A DNA stretch of 59,307 nt. It comes from Candidatus Limnocylindrales bacterium (GTDB taxonomy: Bacteria; Chloroflexota; Limnocylindria; Limnocylindrales; CSP1-4). How positions within the stretch are numbered: position 1 is the first letter of the stretch; the number at the start of each line of letters is the position of its first letter. The notes below the pieces were generated by a model. The model had not been told where the DNA came from. It did no database searches and saw only the letters and a list, made by a program, of their open reading frames with translations. Positions 45,034 to 53,565 of the stretch are shown here, piece by piece. The DNA lies in the NCBI GenBank assembly GCA_036555445.1, contig DATBLH010000103.1, forward strand, positions 1 through 59,307, written 5' to 3'. The position numbers and the translations under genes are program-made.

Positions 45034-45612
45034 CTAGTTGAGGTAGTGGCCGTTCCGGCGCGGGCACAGATGGCCGGCCGGATCGAGTGGCTCGCCGCAC
45101 AACGGACAGGGCGGCCGGCCGGAGGCGACGACGACCATCGCGCGGTCCACGAAGGCGCGCGCAGCCGGTGGGGAGAGGCGCACCCGGAGATAGTCGGGGC
45201 CCTCCTCCGACTCGTCGTCGTCGAGCGCCGCGATCGCCTCCTCCGCCTCCTCGGGTTCCACCTCTTCCTCCGGGACCTGCTCCCGTGCCTCGACGAGGAC
45301 GCGCTCCGCGTCGGTGTCCCAGCCGAGGGTCAAGGTGCCGGCCCGGAAGGCCTCCACGAGGGGCTCGTCCAGGGGTTCCGCATCGGGGCTCGGTCCGTCG
45401 GGCAGGGGGTCGGTGATCCCCCGGCGCTCGAGCTCGTCGAGCAGCTTTCCCAGCCGGTCGGCGAGGACCGCCACCTGTACCTTCTCGAGGACCACGCTCA
45501 CCACGCGAGCGCCTTCCCGGGCCTGGAGGAAGAAGGTCCGGCTGCCCGGCTCACCGATCGTGCCGGCGACGAAGCGCTCGGGCGGATCGAAGACGTATCG
45601 ATGCCGCGGCAT
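45034..45612 (-). CDS. DUF3090 family protein
   Basis: RFVAGTIGEPGSRTFFLQA, LEK.QV..LA, SGRPPCPLCGEPLDPAGH.CPR.NG. Confidence 0.92.
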   Translation of the reverse strand: MPRHRYVFDPPERFVAGTIGEPGSRTFFLQAREGARVVSVVLEKVQVAVLADRLGKLLDELERRGITDPLPDGPSPDAEPLDEPLVEAFRAGTLTLGWDTDAERVLVEAREQVPEEEVEPEEAEEAIAALDDDESEEGPDYLRVRLSPPAARAFVDRAMVVVASGRPPCPLCGEPLDPAGHLCPRRNGHYLN

Positions 45613-45654
45613 GGCCCGACTGTATCCGGTTCGGCCGGTTCGGGCCTTCGACGC

Positions 45655-47208
45655 TCAGCCCACCTGGACGAAGATCGAATGGTGGCCGCGGGCCCCATCC
45701 GGGATCGGTGGCGTCCGGTCCGCGGTCTGCACGACGCCTTCTCCGTCGGTTGCCCGGACCTCCAGCTGGTGGCGACCCGCGGTCGCCTCCCAGTCGAGCC
45801 GCCACTGGACCCAAGTCGCGTCGGAGATCGGCACCGAGAGCGCCGCCGGAAGCCAGGGTCCGCCATCGATGCTGAGCTCGACCCGTGAGACCCCACGATC
45901 GGGTGCCCACGCCACGCCTGCGACGGCGGTCCGACCGGGCGGGATGAATGTCCCGTACCGGGGCACGTCGATCCGCGACTGGGTGAGGATGGGCGCCTTC
46001 TTGGCCCATCCCCGGGGAATCCAGAACCCATCGAATGCCTCGAGGGTCGTGAGCTCCAGCTCGGCCAGCCACTTGGTGGCCGAGACGTAGCCGTATAGCC
46101 CGGGCACGATCAGGCGGGCCGGGAAGCCGTGCTCCATCGGCAGTGGCTCGCCATTCATCCGGAGCGCGATCATCGGCTCGCGGGCCGGGTCCATGACCCA
46201 GGCCGTGGGCATCCCGGCGGTCCAGCCATCGACGGATCGGCCGACGAGCTGGGTCGCACCGGCCTGGACCCCGGCCATCTCCAGGACCTCCCGCAGCCGG
46301 ACGCCGGTCCACTTCGCGTTGCCGACGAGATCGTCACCCACCTCGTTCGACACGCATGCGATCGTCACGTATTGCTCGAACTCGGGGAGTGCGGCCAGCT
46401 CGGCGAACGACAGCGTGGTCTCACGATCGACCATGCCGTGGATCCGGAGCTGCCAGGTGGCGACGTCGATCCTGGGTGTGATCAGGGCGGTGTCGATTCG
46501 ATAGAAGTCGTCATTGGGAACGACGATCGGGGTCAGGCCCGGAACGGCCAGGTCGGCGCCGCCGGGGAGCGTCGCAATCTCGGACGGCGGGGGCAGGCTT
46601 GCCCCCACGGCGGCCACGGCGGCCCGCTGCGTCTCGAGCAGGCGCCGGCCGGCGACACCGGCCACGGCCGAGGCGACCGCGAGGCCACCCGTGCGCAGCA
46701 GGAACGCCCGCCGGCTCCAAGCCGGCATTCCCGGACGGCCGGTGGGTGCGGACGGCATCAGCCACGCGAGGACGAGCGCCCCGGCGCCCGCCGCGGCCAC
46801 CGCCGGCAGGATCGACACCATCGCCGGTGAGCCCGCCCGGAGCGCCGCCAGGAAGCCGACGCCCGCGAACCCGGCGAAACCGGCAGCCGCTGCGTCCCAG
46901 TGGCGTCGCGCGAGGATCCCGAGCGCGGCCGCGATCGCAAGGGAGGCGAGGATGACGACGACCTCGAGGGCGAGCTTGTCGTTGGTGCCGAACAGCGCCA
47001 CGGCGACGTCCTTCGCGCCGGCAGGCTGGAGGTCGATGACCGTCTGGCCGACGGCCAGGAGGAGCGACGGCGCACCCGGCACGAGACCTGCGACGAGCTC
47101 CGACACCCCGAATGCCGCCAGGCCGGCCACGATCCCGACCAGGGCATCGAGGCCGCGTCCCGAAGGACGGACGCCCGGCGTGGCGACGGACATCGAGGAA
47201 CGACTCAC
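45655..47208 (-). CDS. Membrane-anchored molybdopterin-dependent oxidoreductase (sulfite oxidase family)
   Basis: N-terminal TM bundle, SRRAFL, FYRIDTAL, IACVSN, GNAKWTGV, HGFPARL.VPG.YGY.SATKW, C-terminal dimerisation domain. Confidence 0.92.
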   Translation of the reverse strand: MSRSSMSVATPGVRPSGRGLDALVGIVAGLAAFGVSELVAGLVPGAPSLLLAVGQTVIDLQPAGAKDVAVALFGTNDKLALEVVVILASLAIAAALGILARRHWDAAAAGFAGFAGVGFLAALRAGSPAMVSILPAVAAAGAGALVLAWLMPSAPTGRPGMPAWSRRAFLLRTGGLAVASAVAGVAGRRLLETQRAAVAAVGASLPPPSEIATLPGGADLAVPGLTPIVVPNDDFYRIDTALITPRIDVATWQLRIHGMVDRETTLSFAELAALPEFEQYVTIACVSNEVGDDLVGNAKWTGVRLREVLEMAGVQAGATQLVGRSVDGWTAGMPTAWVMDPAREPMIALRMNGEPLPMEHGFPARLIVPGLYGYVSATKWLAELELTTLEAFDGFWIPRGWAKKAPILTQSRIDVPRYGTFIPPGRTAVAGVAWAPDRGVSRVELSIDGGPWLPAALSVPISDATWVQWRLDWEATAGRHQLEVRATDGEGVVQTADRTPPIPDGARGHHSIFVQVG

Positions 47209-47280
47209 GCCGCTAGTGTGCGTCGTGGATGTGACGGGTCTGTGTCGCGGGGGTCCGTGTCCGGCCGGGCGTACAGGCGC

Positions 47281-48582
47281 TCAGCGCGTGCCGAGCGCCT
47301 CGCGAGCCAGGACGTAGGCCTCGTCGTGGCGGCCCAGCGTGGCCAGGGTCTCGGCCCACGTTCCGAGGATCTGCCGAACGCGCGACGGCGGAGCCGTCTC
47401 CCGGGCAAGGTCCGCGGCCCGCTGGAAGGTTGCCACCGCCTCGTCCCCGTCGCGAAGTTCGGACAGTGCCCGGGCTCGGGTGACCAGGGCGTCCAGCAGG
47501 GCCTTCCGGTTCTCCGATCGCTCCGACAGCGCGATCGCCTCGTCGGCCAGCTCGAGACTCCGCTTCGCGTCACCCATCGCGAGCGTCACCGCCGCCTCGG
47601 TATCCGCGAGGTGCGCCGCCAGCCGCTCGTCGCCGCGATGGGCCGTGATGTCGCGCGCGCGGCGCACGACGTCGAGCGCCCGCGTGGCGTTGCCGTTGGC
47701 GAGATAGGCGAGGGCGAGGTGGTTCTCGACGAACCCGGCCTCGAGCTCGGACTCGGCGGCGCGGAGGAGGGTGAGCGCCTTGAGGCCGGTCGCGATCGCT
47801 CCCTCGAGGTCGCCGGCCGCGCGATAGGCCGTGGCCAGCGAGGCCAGGAACGCACCCTGGCGCCGGGCGTCCAGCTCGCCCGCCAGGTCGCGGGCCTCCT
47901 CGAGATAGCCGAGTGCCGCCGCCGCCTCGCCCTGGAACGACTCGACCATGGCGAGCGCGATCAGGAGCCGGGTCTGGAATGCCGCGTCGAGCTCGAGACC
48001 GTTGCGGGTTCGTTCGAGGACCGAGCGCAGCAGCCCACGGGCCTCCTCGGGGTTGTCCTGCATGTTCTCCGCGGACGCGAGGGTGTACTCGGCGCGGGCA
48101 CGGTCTGCCTCGCGGCCGAGCGCAGCGAAGGTCCGGGCCGCCTCGGACGCCGGCCCGATCGCCTCGCTCGGTCGGTCCAGCTTGCACAGGGTCTCGGCCA
48201 TCCCGGCCAGCAAATCTGCCCGGGTTCCTCGCTCCTCCGCGCTCTCGAGCAGGGCGAGATAGCCGTCATAGGCGTCCGTCCATCGACCGCTGGCCAGCGC
48301 GATGTCCGCCTCGAGCCGGGCCCAGGCGGGTCCGGGATCGGCCAGGATCTCCGCCGCCGTCGTCCCCAGCCGCGGCGCGAGGTAGTCCAGCGCGACCATC
48401 GACGGACGTGCGATGCCGTTCTCGAGGGCGCTGATATACGCCTTCGTGTAGCGGTCACCGGCGAGCTGCTGCTGCGTCAGGCCCGCCGCCAGACGCGCCT
48501 TGCGGATGCGCTCCCCGATCGTCCGGGCCAGCTGTCGGTCGTCGGTAACGACGCGGCGGCGCCGTGTTCGAACTGCGCTCAT
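47281..48582 (-). CDS. XRE-HTH + TPR transcriptional regulator (NprR/PlcR-like, RRNPP architecture)
   Basis: IGERIRKARLAAGLTQQQLAGDRYTKAYISALENG..RPS, followed by about 350 aa of TPR-like helical repeats; 433 aa. Confidence 0.88.
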   Translation of the reverse strand: MSAVRTRRRRVVTDDRQLARTIGERIRKARLAAGLTQQQLAGDRYTKAYISALENGIARPSMVALDYLAPRLGTTAAEILADPGPAWARLEADIALASGRWTDAYDGYLALLESAEERGTRADLLAGMAETLCKLDRPSEAIGPASEAARTFAALGREADRARAEYTLASAENMQDNPEEARGLLRSVLERTRNGLELDAAFQTRLLIALAMVESFQGEAAAALGYLEEARDLAGELDARRQGAFLASLATAYRAAGDLEGAIATGLKALTLLRAAESELEAGFVENHLALAYLANGNATRALDVVRRARDITAHRGDERLAAHLADTEAAVTLAMGDAKRSLELADEAIALSERSENRKALLDALVTRARALSELRDGDEAVATFQRAADLARETAPPSRVRQILGTWAETLATLGRHDEAYVLAREALGTR

Positions 48583-48880
48583 GGCCGGGATAGTACACCG
48601 CCGTCATCTCCCGGTTGACGCCGGCGAAGAACGCTTCCAGCGGCGTCCCGAGGCGGTCCAGGAACAGCACCAGTGCCGGGATGGACGGCAGGGTCCGGCC
48701 GTGCTCCACCGCCGACAGCAGCGCCTTGGACAGTGGCGCCGCGACCTCCGCCTGGGTCAGACCGTGCGCGTCCCGCAGACGCCGCAACTCCCCACCGATC
48801 GAGCCCGACAGGCCAGCAAGGGGCCCGCGCGTCGCCCGGACCCGTCGTCGTTGCGCAGGTTGATAAATACTTGACTTCAC
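48455..48880 (-). CDS. Small XRE/Cro-C1 HTH protein
   Basis: IGGELRRLRDAHGLTQAEVAAPLSKALLSAVEHGRTLPSIPAL...LG; 3' end overlaps the next gene by 128 nt; start uncertain. Confidence 0.7.
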   Translation of the reverse strand: MKSSIYQPAQRRRVRATRGPLAGLSGSIGGELRRLRDAHGLTQAEVAAPLSKALLSAVEHGRTLPSIPALVLFLDRLGTPLEAFFAGVNREMTAVYYPGHERSSNTAPPRRYRRPTAGPDDRGAHPQGASGGGPDAAAARR

Positions 48881-48899
48881 GACGGTGGCAGCCTAGCAT
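48871..48899 (+). promoter_or_regulatory. sigma70 promoter of the propeptide gene
   Basis: TTGACT (48871-76), 17-nt spacer, TAGCAT (48894-99), preceded by AT-rich TTGATAAATAC. Confidence 0.8.
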
Positions 48900-48953
48900 C
48901 CCCGCCGTTGCCGCGCCGTCCCCGGAGCGCGGAACGCGGACGGAGGACGCCCT

Positions 48954-49070
48954 GTGCCCACTCGACATCGGATCCGGCTGCTCGTCTCGACCGGTGTGGC
49001 GATGCTGCTCATCGCCGCGAACGCTTTGCAGGCACTCGCCGGTGACGGCAGCCCGCCGTTCCCGAAATAG
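48954..49070 (+). CDS. 38-aa secreted propeptide, candidate quorum-sensing pheromone precursor (not in the ORF track)
   Basis: GGAGG at 48942-46, GTG start; MPTRHRIRLLVSTGVAMLLIAANALQALA|GDGSPPFPK-stop, i.e. basic n-region, hydrophobic h-region and ALA cleavage site. Confidence 0.8.
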   Translation: MPTRHRIRLLVSTGVAMLLIAANALQALAGDGSPPFPK

Positions 49071-49088
49071 CAAGCTCAGGCAGACGCA

Positions 49089-49118
49089 CGTCGGCCGGCC
49101 GGTGACGGGCGGCCGACG
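49089..49118 (+). terminator. Stem-loop closing the propeptide transcript
   Basis: CGTCGGCCG...CGGCCGACG 9-bp stem plus CCG/CGG and a GTGA (GNRA) loop, 19 nt after the stop; no U tract. Confidence 0.6.
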
Positions 49119-49234
49119 AGTCTCTAGGACCGGGATCCTCGCGAGGGCGGCGTAGAATCGAACCGCTTGCCGACCCGCCGGCGACGGGCACGTTGTCCGC
49201 CGTCCGGGCCGCCGGGACGAATGGAGGCCTGCCG

Positions 49235-49633
49235 ATGAATGCGTTCGTCATCGAAGGCGACAACAAGCCGGGCGAGCTGGCCCGTATCACCGAGGCGATC
49301 GCCGATCGGGGCATCAACATCTCCAGCATCAGCCTGGGGACGTGTGGCGACCGCGGCACGGTCGCGATCATCTCCAACGACGAGTCGGGCACCCGGAGTG
49401 CGCTCGGTGCGGCCGGACTGACCTTCCACGAGACGGAGGTCGTCCCCGCCGCGCTGGCCGATCAGCCGGGCAGTCTCGCGCAGGCCACGCGCCGGCTGGC
49501 AGACGCCGGGGTCAACATCGAGGCGCTGATCCCGACCGGGATGTCCGGGGATCGAGTGACGGTCGCGTTTGCCGTCGACAAGGCCGATGCGGCGCGCACC
49601 GCGCTCGCGGAGTTCACGGCCAGCCGCGCCTGA
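49235..49633 (+). CDS. Tandem ACT-domain protein
   Basis: DNKPGELARITEAIADRGINI and DQPGSLAQATRRLADAGVNI; GGAGG RBS; TAGAAT at 49153-58. Confidence 0.9.
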   Translation: MNAFVIEGDNKPGELARITEAIADRGINISSISLGTCGDRGTVAIISNDESGTRSALGAAGLTFHETEVVPAALADQPGSLAQATRRLADAGVNIEALIPTGMSGDRVTVAFAVDKADAARTALAEFTASRA

Positions 49634-49653
49634 CGGCTCGTTCTCGCGATCGA

Positions 49654-49679
49654 CGGGCGGCGCTTCCGGGCGCCGCCCG
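49654..49679. terminator. Probable bidirectional terminator between convergent genes
   Basis: CGGGCGGCGC-TTCCGG-GCGCCGCCCG 10-bp stem. Confidence 0.6.
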
Positions 49680-49706
49680 CGTCATGCCCCAGGCTGGCAA
49701 CCCGTC

Positions 49707-52529
49707 TCAGGGCGTCGGCGTCGCTCCACCACCCGCCGGTGGCTCGGTTGGCGTTGGCGTTGGAGCCTCGGTCGCGGTCGGTTCCGGCGTCGGCGTAGGG
49801 GGCTCCGTCGGCGTGGGCGTCGGACCCCCCGATGGCGACTCGGACGGCGACGGCGGGACCGTTGGACATGGAACCAGCGGCGGCTCCGAGCCGGACGGCG
49901 GCGGGAGGCTGAACGAGGGGACCACACCCGACGCGTCGGGCGTGGGCGGGGGCACGCAGGACGCGGAGGGCGATGGCGTCGCGCAGCTGCCGGATCCGAG
50001 GAGCGCCCCCCAGGTCCGCCCGTATGGCGCGTACCCGCCGTTGTAGAAGTAGCTCGTCCTCGTTCGGTCGGGCCCACCCGCGGTTCCCGGGCCCCGCCGC
50101 GCTCGTCGGATCCAGGCGCGGTCAGCCTCGAGCCAGTCGGCGTGGGCCCCCTCGAGGCTCATCTGGGACAGCAGGACGGCGTCCCCGCATTGCCCGCCTC
50201 CGGCGCCGACGCGTTCGGTTGGCTGCTTGTCGGTCAGGAACAGTTCCTCCACGGTCCGCAAGCGACGGCCGGGCAGGAGGCCCGTGAGGGCATCCACCTC
50301 GACCCGCTCGATTCCGCCCGGCATCGCGAAGTCGTTGATGCCCCAGGTCCGGGTGGCCTCGGTCATGAAGCCCTGCCACACGAACGTCGTCACGTCGATC
50401 GAGAACACCGGGTTGTTGGGTGTCGAGACGACCGAATTGTCGGAGTTGCCGTTCCAGGCGCCGGCGACGAGCGCGTACTCGCCGGCCTGCCGGCCCTCGT
50501 CGGTCGGGGGCGCGATGAAGCCGTAGGCGTTGAGATCTCGGGCGTCGTTGTTGGTTCCGGTCTTGAGGGTCGCGGGTCGGCGGTCGCCACCGCGGGCGCG
50601 CACCTCGAATTCGCCCCAGAACGGATTGATGTCCGGGTTCGTGTTGCCGGCCAGGATGTTGGTCACGATGGCGGCCCCCTGGGGTGAGATCGCCTGCTTT
50701 CCCTCGGGTGGCCGGTATGCGGGTACGACGTCGGTCCCCGCCGCGTCGGCGATCCGCAGGATCGTGGTATGGCCGATGTAGCGTCCGCCGTTGGCGATCG
50801 TCCCGTAGCCCGTGGCCAGGTCGACCGGCCGGACCTCCTCCACGCCGAGGGCGATGGCCAGGCCGGCATCCGCGACGCGTGTGCGGAACCGCAGGCCGAA
50901 TTCCTGTGCCTTCGCGAACAGGTGGTCCGTGCCAACCGAGGCGCCGGCCTTGACGGCCGGGATGTTGAGCGAGAACCGGAGCGCATCGGTGACGCGAACG
51001 GGACCGCGCTCGAGGTTGTCGGCGTCCGTCGGGCTGTAACCACCCCCGAAGTCGGTCGAGACGTCCATGAACATCGTGCCGGCGCTGAATGTGCCGTCGC
51101 TGATCCCCGTCGAGTAGATGAACGGCTTGAAGGCGGAGCCGGGCTGCCGCCATCCCTGGCTGACGACGTCGAACTGGGGCTGGAACCGACGATTGCTCTT
51201 CGTCGCGTAGTAGTCCGCGGAGCCCACGTAGGCGACGATCTCGCCGGTCTGGTAATCGAGGGCGACGAGCGCACCGTTCCGGATCTGCTTGTCGCGCAGG
51301 TTCGTCATCCACGGCTGGAGCTCGAGGCCGAGGCTGCGCGCCGCCTGTCTCGGGTTTGGTGAACGAGGGACGACCGCGGCTGCCTTGACCCACTTCTCCG
51401 CGATCCCCTGGAGACGGGCGTCCAGGCTGCTGGTGATCCGGAAGCCGCCTTCCTCGAGCTGGTCACAGGTGGCGGCGTCCGGGCCGCAGACCCGCGCCGC
51501 AAGCTCGTCCCGGAGCGCCCAGACGAAGTGCGGGGCCACCCACCGCGGCGTCACCTGCGGGGCCAGCAGCACCGGTTCGTCCATGGCCTGCTCGAAGTCG
51601 TCGGGGCCGAACTCATCACCGGTGAGCGGCGTCCGGCCCTGGCTCATCAGCTCCAGCACCTGGTTCCGACGCGCGATGATCGGCGCGTCCGGCGACACCT
51701 CGAGGTGGCTCTTCGGGCACTCCGCGTCCTCGGCCACGGTCGTGTCGCAGACCTCGATCGCGTTGCGCACCAGGTCGTACTCGGACGGCGACTGCGGAAG
51801 GGCGGCGAGAATCGCGGCCTCGGCCAGGGTGAGGTCGGCGATCGCCTTCCCGAAGTACGTCCGCGCGGCGGCCTTCACGCCATAGCTGTCATTGCCGTAG
51901 AAGTTCTGGTTGAGGTAGGCGGCGATGATCGCTTCCTTGCCCGGCTCACCCGGGTACGTCTCCGTCAGCCGGATCGACTGGATGATCTCCTTGAGCTTCC
52001 GTTCGACCGTCCGCCCCGGGTCCTGGACCAGGTCCGGCTCGAGGAGGCGCTGGCGGACCAGTTGCTGCGTGATCGTGGATGCGCCCCGGGCGTTGCCGCG
52101 CAGCGCATCGATCCCCGACGCGATGATGGCGGCCGGGTCGAAGCCCGCATTCGACCAGAACGTCTTGTCCTCGACCGCCGTCGTGGCATCCACGAGGACT
52201 GCGGCGTCGTTCAGTTCGTCCCACGTGGCAACGTCGCGTCTGAACTCGCCGAACCGTGCGAGCTCCTTGGTCCCTGTCCGGTCGTAGACGATCGACTCCT
52301 CCTGGAAGCGGATCGTCTCGAGCTCGGTCGGGTCGGTCAGGTCGCGGGCGAGGGCGAGATAGCCACCGACCACGGCGACCGCACCGAGCGCGCCGAGCGC
52401 GGCGAGGGCCGCGAACAGCACCAGGGCGGCCTTCGAGGCCGCCGAGGCAGGCGGTCGGCGGTCGTAGCCGCCTCCCATTCGTTCGTCATGGCGAACGCGG
52501 GCATCGGCGTTGTCGTAGCGGCCGGTCAT
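49707..52529 (-). CDS. Class A penicillin-binding protein (GT51 + transpeptidase) with Pro/Thr/Ser-rich tail
   Basis: TM anchor, EDKTF, GASTITQQL, RKLKEI, YLN..FYG; SxxK (GSAFK), SxN (SLN), KTG. Start is ATG52529 or ATG52541. Confidence 0.93.
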   Translation of the reverse strand: MTGRYDNADARVRHDERMGGGYDRRPPASAASKAALVLFAALAALGALGAVAVVGGYLALARDLTDPTELETIRFQEESIVYDRTGTKELARFGEFRRDVATWDELNDAAVLVDATTAVEDKTFWSNAGFDPAAIIASGIDALRGNARGASTITQQLVRQRLLEPDLVQDPGRTVERKLKEIIQSIRLTETYPGEPGKEAIIAAYLNQNFYGNDSYGVKAAARTYFGKAIADLTLAEAAILAALPQSPSEYDLVRNAIEVCDTTVAEDAECPKSHLEVSPDAPIIARRNQVLELMSQGRTPLTGDEFGPDDFEQAMDEPVLLAPQVTPRWVAPHFVWALRDELAARVCGPDAATCDQLEEGGFRITSSLDARLQGIAEKWVKAAAVVPRSPNPRQAARSLGLELQPWMTNLRDKQIRNGALVALDYQTGEIVAYVGSADYYATKSNRRFQPQFDVVSQGWRQPGSAFKPFIYSTGISDGTFSAGTMFMDVSTDFGGGYSPTDADNLERGPVRVTDALRFSLNIPAVKAGASVGTDHLFAKAQEFGLRFRTRVADAGLAIALGVEEVRPVDLATGYGTIANGGRYIGHTTILRIADAAGTDVVPAYRPPEGKQAISPQGAAIVTNILAGNTNPDINPFWGEFEVRARGGDRRPATLKTGTNNDARDLNAYGFIAPPTDEGRQAGEYALVAGAWNGNSDNSVVSTPNNPVFSIDVTTFVWQGFMTEATRTWGINDFAMPGGIERVEVDALTGLLPGRRLRTVEELFLTDKQPTERVGAGGGQCGDAVLLSQMSLEGAHADWLEADRAWIRRARRGPGTAGGPDRTRTSYFYNGGYAPYGRTWGALLGSGSCATPSPSASCVPPPTPDASGVVPSFSLPPPSGSEPPLVPCPTVPPSPSESPSGGPTPTPTEPPTPTPEPTATEAPTPTPTEPPAGGGATPTP

Positions 52530-52578
52530 CGGCGCCACCATGCCAGAAAAGCGCTGGGCGCGGTCCCCGAGCGCGGCG

Positions 52579-53565
52579 TCAGCCTCGCGCGGATCGCCAC
52601 AGGTCGTCCCAGCCAGCAAGTTCGGCGAGTCGCGCTCGACCCTGTCGGAACGCGGCTGCCTGCTCGCGACGGGCGGCCTCGGCGGTGCGCACGTCGACGG
52701 CGAGCAGTCGCAGCCGCATCCCGGGGCGCAGCTGGCCGAGCCGGTGGAGATCGGCCGAGATCGTGACGGCCGGGACCGGGTAACCGCCGGTCGGCTGAGC
52801 GTCGGCCAGGAGGACGATCGGGAGGCCGTCCGGCGGCAACTGGATCGTCCCTGGTACGACACCGTGAGGGCGCCGGTCCCCGGGCTCGCCCGGCATCGGG
52901 ACGGCCGGGCCTTCCAGGCGGAGCCCCATCCGGTCGCTCGCGGTGGCCACGGTCCAGTGGATCGCGGCGAGCCGATCCAGCAGCCCTGCATCCGGGCCCG
53001 GCAGCACCCGGATCGGCGCCTCGGCGATCGGTTCGGGATCGTGATCGTGGATCCACACGAGGCCGTCGGGCGCGTCACCCGGATCGCGGTCGGAGGCCAA
53101 CCGGTCGCCGGCCCGGAGCGGCCGACCGTCAAGGCCCCCGAAGCGCGCGGTGAGACAGGTCGATCGCGATCCCAACACGTCGGGCACATCCACGCCGCCG
53201 GGCAGGGCCACATACGCGCGGGCTCCCACGGCGTTCGCCGTACCCGGGAAGGCCACGACCTCGCCTGCCGCCAGGGCGTGGGACCGTCCGGTGGCCAGCC
53301 CACGACCACCGTGGACCGTGGCGCCCAGGTCGGTACCGGCGAGGCCGACCACGCACGACCGGAGCGCACGCAACGTGGGCCCGGCAACGGTGAGCTCGAG
53401 CGCTGCGTGATCCGGCTCGTTGCCGACCAGCAGGTTCGCGACCGCGAGCGACCACGGATCGCAGGCACCCGAGCGCGGCACGCCCAGGTGGCCGAACCCG
53501 AATCGGCCGCCATCCTGAATCGTCGTCAGGAGCCCAGGCTCCAGGACCTCGAACGCCGGCGTCAT
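52579..53565 (-). CDS. pxpC: 5-oxoprolinase subunit C (carboxyltransferase subdomain A/B)
   Basis: PGLLTTIQDGGRFG, SDRMGLRL, GTIQLPPDG.PIVLLAD.QPTGGYP; ATGA coupling to pxpB. Confidence 0.9.
   Translation of the reverse strand: MTPAFEVLEPGLLTTIQDGGRFGFGHLGVPRSGACDPWSLAVANLLVGNEPDHAALELTVAGPTLRALRSCVVGLAGTDLGATVHGGRGLATGRSHALAAGEVVAFPGTANAVGARAYVALPGGVDVPDVLGSRSTCLTARFGGLDGRPLRAGDRLASDRDPGDAPDGLVWIHDHDPEPIAEAPIRVLPGPDAGLLDRLAAIHWTVATASDRMGLRLEGPAVPMPGEPGDRRPHGVVPGTIQLPPDGLPIVLLADAQPTGGYPVPAVTISADLHRLGQLRPGMRLRLLAVDVRTAEAARREQAAAFRQGRARLAELAGWDDLWRSARG

Noticed and set aside
48579-49073. 164-aa minus-strand ORF and 160-aa plus-strand ORF (48673-49155) over the peptide locus
   Set aside because: No motifs or RBS; they overlap the better-supported XRE, promoter and propeptide in other frames.
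49707-53513. 1268-aa PBP and other N-terminally extended ORF-track calls (93, 23716, 29637, 34278, 38739, 54177)
   Set aside because: The extensions overlap upstream genes; internal starts with RBS, -10 or stop/start coupling fit better.
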